32,000 nt of DNA, from assembly GCA_010202845.1 (NCBI GenBank), contig CP047921.1, forward strand, positions 810,001-842,000, in the 5' to 3' direction. Under the pieces are notes generated by a model. It made no database searches and was not told the DNA's origin. It was given only the letters and a program-made list of their open reading frames with translations. Position 1 is the first letter of the stretch. Each line of letters starts with the position of its first letter. Below are positions 15,898 to 23,941 of the stretch, one piece after another. This DNA is from Candidatus Saccharibacteria bacterium oral taxon 488 (GTDB taxonomy: Bacteria > Patescibacteriota > Saccharimonadia > Saccharimonadales > Saccharimonadaceae). A program made the position numbers and the translations under genes.

Positions 15898-16987
15898 TGC
15901 TCGGACGCTACGGACGAGCACCGGCCGTTACGTCGAACGGCTGATTCATTATCTACAAAAAATTGATAACAGGAATGACTATATTATCTTACTCAAGCCA
16001 AAGGATATGGACGGCTGGCAGGCCGACAACCCACGCTTTCAGAAAGTCACCTGTCCATTTGCTGAATTTTCGTTTGCCGAGCAACGAGGTTTTAAGAAAC
16101 AGCTGGAGGAGCTGCGCCCAGATCTCGTGCATTTTGCAATGGTTCAGCAGCCCGTGTGGTACCGGGCCAGCCCGGTCGTCACCACCATGCAAGACCTGAC
16201 CACCGTTCGGTTCAACAACCCCGACAAGAACCCGATGGTCTTTTGGGTGAAGCAGCAAATTTATAAATGGGTCAACAAAAAAGTCGCCAGAAAGTCGGCT
16301 CATATCATCACCATCTCTGACTTTGTCAAGCGTGACTTGGTGGATTTTACCGGAGTCAGTCCAGATAAGATTACCGTGACGCTTGAGTCCGCCGACGAGC
16401 TACCAAAGGGCAATGATCCGGTCAAGGAGCTGGTTGGAAAAAAGTTCATCATGTATATCGGCCGGCCGACACCACATAAAAATCTGCGGCGACTAATTGA
16501 CGCATTTGAATTATTGCAACAAAAGCACCCCGAGCTGACACTGGCGCTGGCTGGCAAAAAGGACGGCAACTACGCTCGCCACGAAGCGTACGTTACTGAA
16601 CACGGCCTTACAAATGTCGTCTTCACCGGTTTTGTGTCGGACGAGCAACTGCGCTGGATGTACGAGCATACGGCTGTGTATTGCTTCCCATCGCTGAGCG
16701 AAGGTTTTGGCCTGCCGGGTCTCGAAGCCATGCTGCACGGCGCGCCGGTCGCTTCAAGCACCGCCACTTGCCTGCCGGAAACGCATGGCGAGGCGGCTCA
16801 CTACTTTGATCCGTATAGCGTTGAGGACATAGCGCGGGCAATTGACGAACTTCTGACTGACGAGAAGCGACGTCGTGACCTCATCAAGAAGGGTAAACAG
16901 CACGTCAAAACTTTCTCGTGGCAGCGAATGGCTGAGCAGACATTGGCGGTGTATGAGCGATACGGCCGCAAAGACACCAACTCATAG
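15881..16987 (+). CDS. Glycosyltransferase family 4 (GT-B, group 1), 368 aa
   Basis: MRIAIDARTL..TGRYV at the N-terminus and PSLSEGFGLPGLEAMLHGAPV (EX7E) support the call. There is a 17-nt overlap with the upstream GT4 gene. Confidence 0.9.
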   Translation: MRIAIDARTLRTSTGRYVERLIHYLQKIDNRNDYIILLKPKDMDGWQADNPRFQKVTCPFAEFSFAEQRGFKKQLEELRPDLVHFAMVQQPVWYRASPVVTTMQDLTTVRFNNPDKNPMVFWVKQQIYKWVNKKVARKSAHIITISDFVKRDLVDFTGVSPDKITVTLESADELPKGNDPVKELVGKKFIMYIGRPTPHKNLRRLIDAFELLQQKHPELTLALAGKKDGNYARHEAYVTEHGLTNVVFTGFVSDEQLRWMYEHTAVYCFPSLSEGFGLPGLEAMLHGAPVASSTATCLPETHGEAAHYFDPYSVEDIARAIDELLTDEKRRRDLIKKGKQHVKTFSWQRMAEQTLAVYERYGRKDTNS

Positions 16988-17063
16988 CGGATGATTCTAG
17001 CTTATCCACACTAGACACTTACGTCCATGACCATAGTTCTTAGGTCGCGGCTCGGCTGCTGGG

Positions 17064-18107
17064 TTATTTTTGCAACTGCTTCGCGATATCGCCACACTTG
17101 GCGGCCACATCCCGCCGCGCCACCAGCACACCGTCTGGCGTGTTGACCACCACTACATTGTCAAGGCCGATCACCGCCACCGGCTTGTCTGGCTGCTCAT
17201 TACGAATATAGGTATTGGCGACGTCGATGGTATGAATGTTGTCACCATATGCGTAATTGCCCGCCTCGTCCTTGGCGACCGCATCATGTAGATCCTTGAA
17301 ATTACCGATGTCCATCCAGTCAAAGCTGGCTGATACCATAGCCAGCTGATGAGCTTTTTCGATCAAGGCGATGTCGATAACTTGATTATCTAGCGCCAGG
17401 TACGCGTGATTGTAAGCCTCGCTACCAAAGTCAGCAATTGACGCTAACGTCTGGTAATTTGACCACAGATCTGGGGCACTCCGCTGCATTTCATTCATAA
17501 AAACGTCAACTGAGCCAACAAAGTAGCCGCAATTCCACAGATAATTTCCCGACTCAACATACTGCTTCGCCGTCTCGTAATCAGGTTTTTCCTTGAACGA
17601 CTCGACATTATAGACGCCCGCTTGAGCATCAATCACTCCATCGCGCTGAATATAACCAAAGCCAGTCGACGGGAAGGTCGGCTCAATGCCAATCAGCGTA
17701 ATACAACCACGCTCGCGAGAAATGCGCGCTGCTGTATCGAACGAGTGGGCAAACCCCTGGGTGTCACGCACATTATGATCAGAATGAATAAAGGCAATCG
17801 GCTCAGTCCGGTTATGGTGGCGATTGATATAATCCAAGGCTAACACAATACAATGCGCTGTCCCCCGCCGTCCCGGCTCGATCAAAAAGGCCTCGTCCGG
17901 CAATTCCGGTAGCTGCGCCCGCAGCGCCCCGGCGTGGCTGGCCTCGGTCACCACGTAGATAGTATCACCGAGCTTTCTCGCCCGGTCATAGGCTTGTTGG
18001 ACCATGGTGCGCTCACTAGTTAACGCCAAAAGTTGTTTTGGTTGAGTGGAGGTTGAGAGTGGCCAGAGGCGCGTGCCTGAGCCACCGGCGATAATTACAG
18101 CTATCAT
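17064..18107 (-). CDS. manC: Mannose-1-phosphate guanylyltransferase-like nucleotidyltransferase (short form without the cupin/PMI domain)
   Basis: The N-terminus is MIAVIIAGGSGTRLWPLS, FKEKPDYETAKQY is present, and the length is 347 aa. Confidence 0.85.
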   Translation of the reverse strand: MIAVIIAGGSGTRLWPLSTSTQPKQLLALTSERTMVQQAYDRARKLGDTIYVVTEASHAGALRAQLPELPDEAFLIEPGRRGTAHCIVLALDYINRHHNRTEPIAFIHSDHNVRDTQGFAHSFDTAARISRERGCITLIGIEPTFPSTGFGYIQRDGVIDAQAGVYNVESFKEKPDYETAKQYVESGNYLWNCGYFVGSVDVFMNEMQRSAPDLWSNYQTLASIADFGSEAYNHAYLALDNQVIDIALIEKAHQLAMVSASFDWMDIGNFKDLHDAVAKDEAGNYAYGDNIHTIDVANTYIRNEQPDKPVAVIGLDNVVVVNTPDGVLVARRDVAAKCGDIAKQLQK

Positions 18108-18114
18108 ACTATAT

Positions 18115-18120
18115 AGTATA
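18115..18120 (-). promoter_or_regulatory. -10-like TATACT 7 nt upstream of ATG 18107
   Basis: The minus strand reads cggTATACTatatagtATG. There is no Shine-Dalgarno sequence. Confidence 0.35.
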
Positions 18121-18185
18121 CCGAGTTAGGAGTACAAACGCCACCTATTCTTTAGAGGATTCCGCACTCATATCACAATGGGCCA

Positions 18186-19163
18186 CTAGCGGGGCCTGTC
18201 ATCGTCAACACCAACCTTGTAATCAAATAACATCGCTATAGCTTCTACTCTATCAAAGAACTCCTGTATCTGCCCGATCGTTGGATCTTTTGGCATTAAT
18301 GTGAGTTCTTTTAGTATCATATCGCGCAGAACAGCCTTCTTATCATCAAGCTCGCTCAGCAATTTGATGCGCTGTATCTCGGCTTTATAGTCCTGAGGAG
18401 CCTCAGACTCCTCTCCTAGTAATATGTGGGCCTGCATTCTAGCTTGTTCGTAGCGCTTTTCATCATAAGCAGAATTATCCGTTTCCTGCTCAACCATTGA
18501 CTTTGGATACATCAGGTCGACCTTAATTTCACCAACACGCTCTCCATTGGCCATTGCCGCCAGAACAGTATAGTACATATACGGCCATTTTTTCATATTT
18601 GGTGTATCTGAAGGATAATCTAATAGGTGCTGCATCCCTTGACGATTGTAGCCTCGTGGACCAGCGAGTGAATCTGCCGGCATCCCTAGTATATGCTCGA
18701 ATAACCAGCCAATCAATTCTTCGGTACGCCGCTGGAATGGCGGCATTGATTCTTTCGAAGCCTCCGTCCGTCCGATAACGACAACTGAGGGGTCAACCTT
18801 TGAATCACCGTCACCCAACATCTCAGCAATCTTGCATGCAAGATGTGCCATTGATTTCTCTGGCTCGAGAGTGATAATTTTATTTCCACCTTGAGCTATG
18901 ACAACTTCTGCACCCTCCTGTCGCTGACTGGCAATTCCCAACCGACGAGCAGATCGTACAAAAGCCCCGCGCGCGCGGAAGGCATCTGCGACTTTATCAT
19001 CTGGCGACCCATCAATCACGACAAGTGGCAATTCTTGTTCGGACCACTCCTCTGCATTTTTAAGTGCAGCCTCAAGGCGAACATCGTCAAGATTAGGATA
19101 AAACGTCGCCGTCACTCCGACAGCCGGTGCTCCCTCTATAGGAGGGCTATTCCTTGGACTCAT
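18186..19163 (-). CDS. Hypothetical protein, 325 aa, with weak GT-A-like features
   Basis: This is a long ORF within a same-strand gene run. VGVTATFYPN...LPLVVIDGSPDD loosely resembles the first two strands of a GT-A fold, but no clear DxD motif is present. The C-terminal 90 aa are a charged helical region. Confidence 0.6.
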   Translation of the reverse strand: MSPRNSPPIEGAPAVGVTATFYPNLDDVRLEAALKNAEEWSEQELPLVVIDGSPDDKVADAFRARGAFVRSARRLGIASQRQEGAEVVIAQGGNKIITLEPEKSMAHLACKIAEMLGDGDSKVDPSVVVIGRTEASKESMPPFQRRTEELIGWLFEHILGMPADSLAGPRGYNRQGMQHLLDYPSDTPNMKKWPYMYYTVLAAMANGERVGEIKVDLMYPKSMVEQETDNSAYDEKRYEQARMQAHILLGEESEAPQDYKAEIQRIKLLSELDDKKAVLRDMILKELTLMPKDPTIGQIQEFFDRVEAIAMLFDYKVGVDDDRPR

Positions 19164-19169
19164 GCTCTC

Positions 19170-19175
19170 ATTTTA
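19170..19175 (-). promoter_or_regulatory. Extended -10 (TGtTAAAAT) 6 nt upstream of ATG 19163; predicted leaderless
   Basis: The minus strand reads tgTGtTAAAATgagagcATG. Confidence 0.45.
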
Positions 19176-19212
19176 ACACAAAAGTTTAATTTGTCAATAA
19201 CAAATCTGGTCT

Positions 19213-20031
19213 CTACCCTTCAAAAACGCTTTGTACAAACGATATCGCGTCTGCTACACGCTTCACGTTCTCACCCTGTTCGCCCGGGCGCATTTCGATT
19301 GACACAACACCCTCATAGCCAATGGACTTTAGCGCATCAGCTGCAGCGCGATAGTCAACATCGTCGCGATCATAAACTCGATCAAGCATCGGAGCGCTGA
19401 CATGAAAATGCTTCAAGATATCGCCGTTATTTCGTATCGATTCGCCAATATCATCACCAGCTAACGCCATGCATGCCGTATCAAGATGCAGGCCGATCCC
19501 CTCTGAGTTAACCATACGAACAAGCCGCGCACCTTCATCTGCTGTTGTCACGTAGTCACAATTATATTGAGGTGCATTCGGTTCGATGCAGAGCATGGTG
19601 TTATGCTCCTTGGCGACATTACCGAGCTCGGCAAAGAAACGGCTTGCGATACCGTCCGCCTCTTCTACTGACATCGCACCGCGCTGTCGATTCTTTGGTG
19701 AACCAAATACCAGCCGACCAGCACCCATATCCCCAGCTAACCGCAAAAAGTCAGCCATATATTGCTGCATCTCGTTGCGAAGTTCGCTTGATTCAAACAG
19801 CTTTAGGTCAGGGCGCGCAAACAGCATCGACTGAAAGGCTACAATCTCAATACCATACCCCCTCCACCACTCGACATATTCGTTAATTTGCTCGGGAGTC
19901 GCCTTGGTCGGATCATCCCAGCGCTTCGTCGGCGCGATCTCGACACAGCGTACACCAAGCTCCCGCAGCTTTGCGGCGACCTCCGCCTCTTCTTCATTTG
20001 TCCATGCGATGTTCGATATAGCTAGTTTCAT
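19213..20031 (-). CDS. Xylose-isomerase-like TIM-barrel protein (sugar phosphate isomerase/epimerase family), 272 aa
   Basis: MKLAISNIAWTNEEE..GVRCVEIAP at the N-terminus and the pattern of conserved E/H/D residues (CIEPN, HLDTAC, SIEM) are typical of the AP_endonuc_2 TIM barrel family. Confidence 0.85.
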   Translation of the reverse strand: MKLAISNIAWTNEEEAEVAAKLRELGVRCVEIAPTKRWDDPTKATPEQINEYVEWWRGYGIEIVAFQSMLFARPDLKLFESSELRNEMQQYMADFLRLAGDMGAGRLVFGSPKNRQRGAMSVEEADGIASRFFAELGNVAKEHNTMLCIEPNAPQYNCDYVTTADEGARLVRMVNSEGIGLHLDTACMALAGDDIGESIRNNGDILKHFHVSAPMLDRVYDRDDVDYRAAADALKSIGYEGVVSIEMRPGEQGENVKRVADAISFVQSVFEG

Positions 20032-20037
20032 ATGGTA

Positions 20038-20043
20038 ATTATA
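20038..20043 (-). promoter_or_regulatory. Extended -10 (TGgTATAAT) 6 nt upstream of ATG 20031; predicted leaderless
   Basis: The minus strand reads agTGgTATAATtaccatATG. Confidence 0.5.
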
Positions 20044-20062
20044 CCACTATTTATCCTATAGA

Positions 20063-20941
20063 TTACGCTGCGAGACCACACCGCTCCTTGATGTATTGAA
20101 TCTCCTTCTCGATTACATCCGGATTCAGAGGACCCCTCATCTCAAGCGACAACCAGCCCTGATAGCTAACACTCCTGAGGGCGTCCACATATTTTCCTTG
20201 AGGAATATCCAGCGCAGATGAAAGTCGCGCCAAGTCTGGAGCGCTGGCATCAATACCGCGTACACTGTCTCTATGGTCACGAATCAGCGAAGCTAAATCC
20301 CCCGGCGTGTCCCCAGCACCAAACATCGCCGCTGTATCAGGATGAATTCCAAACCCCGGATGGTCGATGCGATCAGCCAGTTTCCTGGCTTGGTTTAGGT
20401 TTTCCACGAACTTGTTGCCATAGCCTGATAGCGGCTCGAATGCTATCTGCGTATTGTTATCATGGGCCGCAATAGCAACTCTACCAAACAGTTTAGCCGC
20501 TCTCTCCATAGCCTGCTCGCCACTAAGCTCTCCTGGGTTACGCAATCCCGGTGAACCAAATGACATCGAGTCTGCACCGAGTGACCCGGCAAGGTCGGTT
20601 AGTCTCTTTAGGTGTTCTGCCAGATTTTTACCCTCTTCTTCAGTACCGAAAATCTTCGCATTCTCTCCAACCCCGTATGTCAAAGATTGCAGCCCAACAC
20701 ACGCTAGACCGAAGCCCCCAAGCTTTTTGCGATATTCTCCAGCTTTCCGCTTCAAAGTTTCGAGTCGATCCCCAGAGAGATTGGCAATTTCTGATACACT
20801 TGGCCAAATTATCGTTGGCGCAACCACAAGCCCTTCAACACCACACTGCGACACGCGGTCTAGCGCTGCTGCTTGTTGACCTTCACCTTCACCAAAAGCA
20901 ATATTCGAGATAGCAAGCTTCATTGACTTCTTCGAATTCAT
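20063..20941 (-). CDS. Xylose-isomerase-like TIM-barrel protein, paralog of 19213-20031, 292 aa
   Basis: MKLAISNIAFGEGEG follows a 6-aa extension. FEPL, HPDTAAM and SLEM blocks are collinear with the neighbouring paralog. Confidence 0.85.
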   Translation of the reverse strand: MNSKKSMKLAISNIAFGEGEGQQAAALDRVSQCGVEGLVVAPTIIWPSVSEIANLSGDRLETLKRKAGEYRKKLGGFGLACVGLQSLTYGVGENAKIFGTEEEGKNLAEHLKRLTDLAGSLGADSMSFGSPGLRNPGELSGEQAMERAAKLFGRVAIAAHDNNTQIAFEPLSGYGNKFVENLNQARKLADRIDHPGFGIHPDTAAMFGAGDTPGDLASLIRDHRDSVRGIDASAPDLARLSSALDIPQGKYVDALRSVSYQGWLSLEMRGPLNPDVIEKEIQYIKERCGLAA

Positions 20942-20947
20942 ACCCGC

Positions 20948-20953
20948 ATTATA
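20948..20953 (-). promoter_or_regulatory. Extended -10 (TGgTATAAT) 6 nt upstream of ATG 20941; predicted leaderless
   Basis: The minus strand reads caTGgTATAATgcgggtATG. It sits in the 18-nt gap after the SDR stop codon. Confidence 0.5.
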
Positions 20954-20959
20954 CCATGA

Positions 20960-21721
20960 TTACTTATTTTTTGCAACAAACTCCTTGATGCCGGCCAGCT
21001 CTTGCTCCTTTGTGTATAGATAATTACCTTCACCACCATACACTTCAGCGTATTTACTGTGCATATCCCAATAGGCTGGCGTCACGCCCTCTGGTGTGTT
21101 GGTAAATTCCATACCAAAGGCGACCCTGGCGACTTCCCGCGTGCTGACTGGTGGCGTCGCAAAATTAACCAGCGGCAGATTATTCTCGAGAGCAATAGTG
21201 ATATCACGCCAGATATTAGCGAGATTATAGTACTGATACATACCATCAGCATGAATTTTCTCAACCATGTTATTGTTCATCAGATCATAAATAACATTCT
21301 TCTTCAGCCCATCGCCAAATAGCCCCGGCAGGCGAACAATTGTTGTGTCAAAGTTCTCACGACAGAATTGCTCAAGATAATACCTATTAACTCCGTATGG
21401 CAAAAGCCCTTCGGTTTCAATGGGTGTATCTTCGTTAGCACCATTTGGGTTTTTATAAACACCGACTGTTGAAATCAGGACGAGCTTCTTAATCTTTGCC
21501 TTTTTGATGTGTGAGATAAACCCTTCAATCTCCGCACGGTCAACCTCTGGCTCCTGATTGATCCGCCACATCTCAGCACGGTTTGCAGCGCTCACCACCA
21601 GGTCGTACTCTTGACCTTCAATGTCAGCTATATTTTTGCTGTTATAATAATCGTCAAACTCGTGTTGACTCTTTATATTCCCACCGACAAAGCCAGTGTA
21701 CCCAATTAATGCAGTTTTCAT
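20960..21721 (-). CDS. NAD(P)-dependent epimerase/dehydratase-family (extended SDR-like) protein, 253 aa
   Basis: An N-terminal Rossmann motif LIGYTGFVGGNI and an ISTVGVY serine block are present. The catalytic-region sequence PYGVNRYYLE has Arg where the YxxxK Lys is expected. An AGGAGG Shine-Dalgarno sequence lies 8 nt upstream. Confidence 0.8.
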   Translation of the reverse strand: MKTALIGYTGFVGGNIKSQHEFDDYYNSKNIADIEGQEYDLVVSAANRAEMWRINQEPEVDRAEIEGFISHIKKAKIKKLVLISTVGVYKNPNGANEDTPIETEGLLPYGVNRYYLEQFCRENFDTTIVRLPGLFGDGLKKNVIYDLMNNNMVEKIHADGMYQYYNLANIWRDITIALENNLPLVNFATPPVSTREVARVAFGMEFTNTPEGVTPAYWDMHSKYAEVYGGEGNYLYTKEQELAGIKEFVAKNK

Positions 21722-21823
21722 AGTATATTCCTCCTGGCTACAATTATGTCAGATTTTATATAAAACTCAACGATAGCCAGTATGGACATGCGACAATATC
21801 AATTATAGAATGGTTTAGGTACT

Positions 21824-23941
21824 ATGAAGAAACCTAAAATTTTAGGCCAGATAACTCTTAAACAAGCGCTGCTTTTTACCGCAGTATTTGTAAGTATTGC
21901 CCACTTGTTGGTTTTCGTAGGCTACGCTGTGTTCGCAGCTCTCGGGAATGGCCTGGCGATGGATTCCTATGCGGCCAATGGGACGTTCCAGCTATACAAC
22001 CCCCTCCGTCGATTACTTGATGGTGAAGTTTTAGCACGAGACTTTCCATTCTTTCACGGGGTAGGAGTTCCCCTGCTTCATTTCCCCTTGTTTTACATCA
22101 TGGGGCACAACTTATTTGCTGTAGAGGTTGCAAAGTTACTAGTATCACCACTCATATTCCTCATCTCGTCTTTCTTGCTATTTTGGGCTTACTTCAAAAA
22201 TGTAAAGAAAGCGGTCTTTACAACAAGTATATTTACCGTCATTTCACTGCTGTGCATCGATGCGATTTGGGCGGGTAATTCCCTTCTAGGTCTCAGGACA
22301 GCCTTTCCATTCATTGCAGCAGCATTTATGTTATGGCACCCAGACTGGCATGTTAATATCGGTAAACATAAAACGAAAGTCAACCTTTATTACCCCATTC
22401 TATACACCCTCATGGGGATTTCCGTCGCGTGCGGAACCGAACAGGGTCTAGCATTCATGCTTGCTTATGTGCTCATCAGGGTAATTCAGTATATTCGTTC
22501 CAAAGAGATGATAAAAAAGCGGATGCTGGCATTTATTGGCGAGTTATGTGGTGTAGCACTGGCTACGTATGTCGTGCTTTCAATTATGACGCTTGGCCAC
22601 GCACACGAGGCACTTTACTATGCACTCGTTGAGGTTTCAGGCGACCAAGGATGGTACTTTGGCGCTCCACCAAATAATTTTTTGCAATTAAGCAATCTTG
22701 ATCAGTTATTCACCAACAGGATGCTATTCTACATGCTGCCCATCATTATCGGCGGTGTTGTTGCCTATATAATTGGTGTAAAGAAAGCTCTACTGTCCAA
22801 AAAAGAAACGTTCGTTTTCTCTATCTTGCTACTATATGGCCTGGTGGTCTTTGCTGTTTCTGCCACTGGTTACTGGGCACCTAGTGCGCAGCTCATACCA
22901 CTAGAGCGAGCAGCAGGAGTTATTCTTGTGGCGACAGCAACTCGTGTGATATATAACCTGATCCGAGCAAAAAAATCGACTCCTAACGCTAAAAGTAAAG
23001 GCTTCTCGGTCTTAGCATTCGGGTTATTGCTTGGTAGCATCATCGCCCTAGGATATAACACGGCGATATTTCTACAAAAAATTGATTGGATGCCGCTAAG
23101 ACACATTATTACCGAGTCAAAAAAGGCCAGGCATTCTACTGATGATGCTGAATATGTCAGCACCGCCTGGAGGAAGCGCCTCGAGGCCTTTGCTCCACAT
23201 ATTGAAAAGGGGGCACGTGTCTGGTCTACCTACACCAGTGTTTATGATTCGATTCGCCAACAGAAAAATGGATCTTCGGGGGGTGAAGACTATATTATAC
23301 ACGCCCTAGGCCCCGCCAGAAGAAATCGTTACACTCAAGATTTTATAACCCAAAAGCCTGATTACGTCATAACCCTAAATCCCTCATATTTTAAATATGA
23401 GGAGTGGCTGTGGACTCGTCACTGGGCATTTTATAAGGAGCTTCAGGATAACTACACTATCATTGCAACAAATGATTCTCATGTTTTGTGGAAACGTCAG
23501 GCGAGTAATGCAGCCCAAGAAAAGACGAATCACCCGAAACACCGCATACAAAAAGACACAAACGGAGATTATGTCATTACTGCTGGTGCCGCAAACAATA
23601 TACGCGTGTTTGAGGTGTCGGTTCGCTACAGTGCTAGAAGCGTTCTACCTATGACCGCTAAATTACCGAGATACCTCCTAGAGTTATCTGGATCATCACT
23701 ACAAAAACATCCTGTGTCGCTACCACAATACGACACGAGCTGGAGCTTCCCTGTGGCACTGGCACCAAATGATTCATCCATACGAATTTCGCCAAAAGTT
23801 TATAGTTTGATACCGGGAGCTTCTCTGGAAATACAAGACGTATCTTACCGCGAAGTCACCGCCCAAAATAATCTATATATCTATCAAAGTAACTTTTGCC
23901 TACATAACGCTAATAAATGCGAAGGGATTGATAAACGCTAG
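21824..23941 (+). CDS. Large polytopic membrane protein (about 12 TM) with a roughly 270-aa C-terminal soluble domain; possible GT-C-type glycosyltransferase or polymerase
   Basis: Twelve hydrophobic segments are visible in residues 1-430. A hydrophilic tail follows. The gene lies in a glycan locus. Confidence 0.7.
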   Translation: MKKPKILGQITLKQALLFTAVFVSIAHLLVFVGYAVFAALGNGLAMDSYAANGTFQLYNPLRRLLDGEVLARDFPFFHGVGVPLLHFPLFYIMGHNLFAVEVAKLLVSPLIFLISSFLLFWAYFKNVKKAVFTTSIFTVISLLCIDAIWAGNSLLGLRTAFPFIAAAFMLWHPDWHVNIGKHKTKVNLYYPILYTLMGISVACGTEQGLAFMLAYVLIRVIQYIRSKEMIKKRMLAFIGELCGVALATYVVLSIMTLGHAHEALYYALVEVSGDQGWYFGAPPNNFLQLSNLDQLFTNRMLFYMLPIIIGGVVAYIIGVKKALLSKKETFVFSILLLYGLVVFAVSATGYWAPSAQLIPLERAAGVILVATATRVIYNLIRAKKSTPNAKSKGFSVLAFGLLLGSIIALGYNTAIFLQKIDWMPLRHIITESKKARHSTDDAEYVSTAWRKRLEAFAPHIEKGARVWSTYTSVYDSIRQQKNGSSGGEDYIIHALGPARRNRYTQDFITQKPDYVITLNPSYFKYEEWLWTRHWAFYKELQDNYTIIATNDSHVLWKRQASNAAQEKTNHPKHRIQKDTNGDYVITAGAANNIRVFEVSVRYSARSVLPMTAKLPRYLLELSGSSLQKHPVSLPQYDTSWSFPVALAPNDSSIRISPKVYSLIPGASLEIQDVSYREVTAQNNLYIYQSNFCLHNANKCEGIDKR

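Noticed and set aside
16988-17063. Rho-independent terminator between the convergent GT4 and manC genes
   Set aside because: The T-run at about 17066-17071 is preceded by gcggctcggctgctggg, which does not form a convincing GC-rich hairpin when paired by hand.
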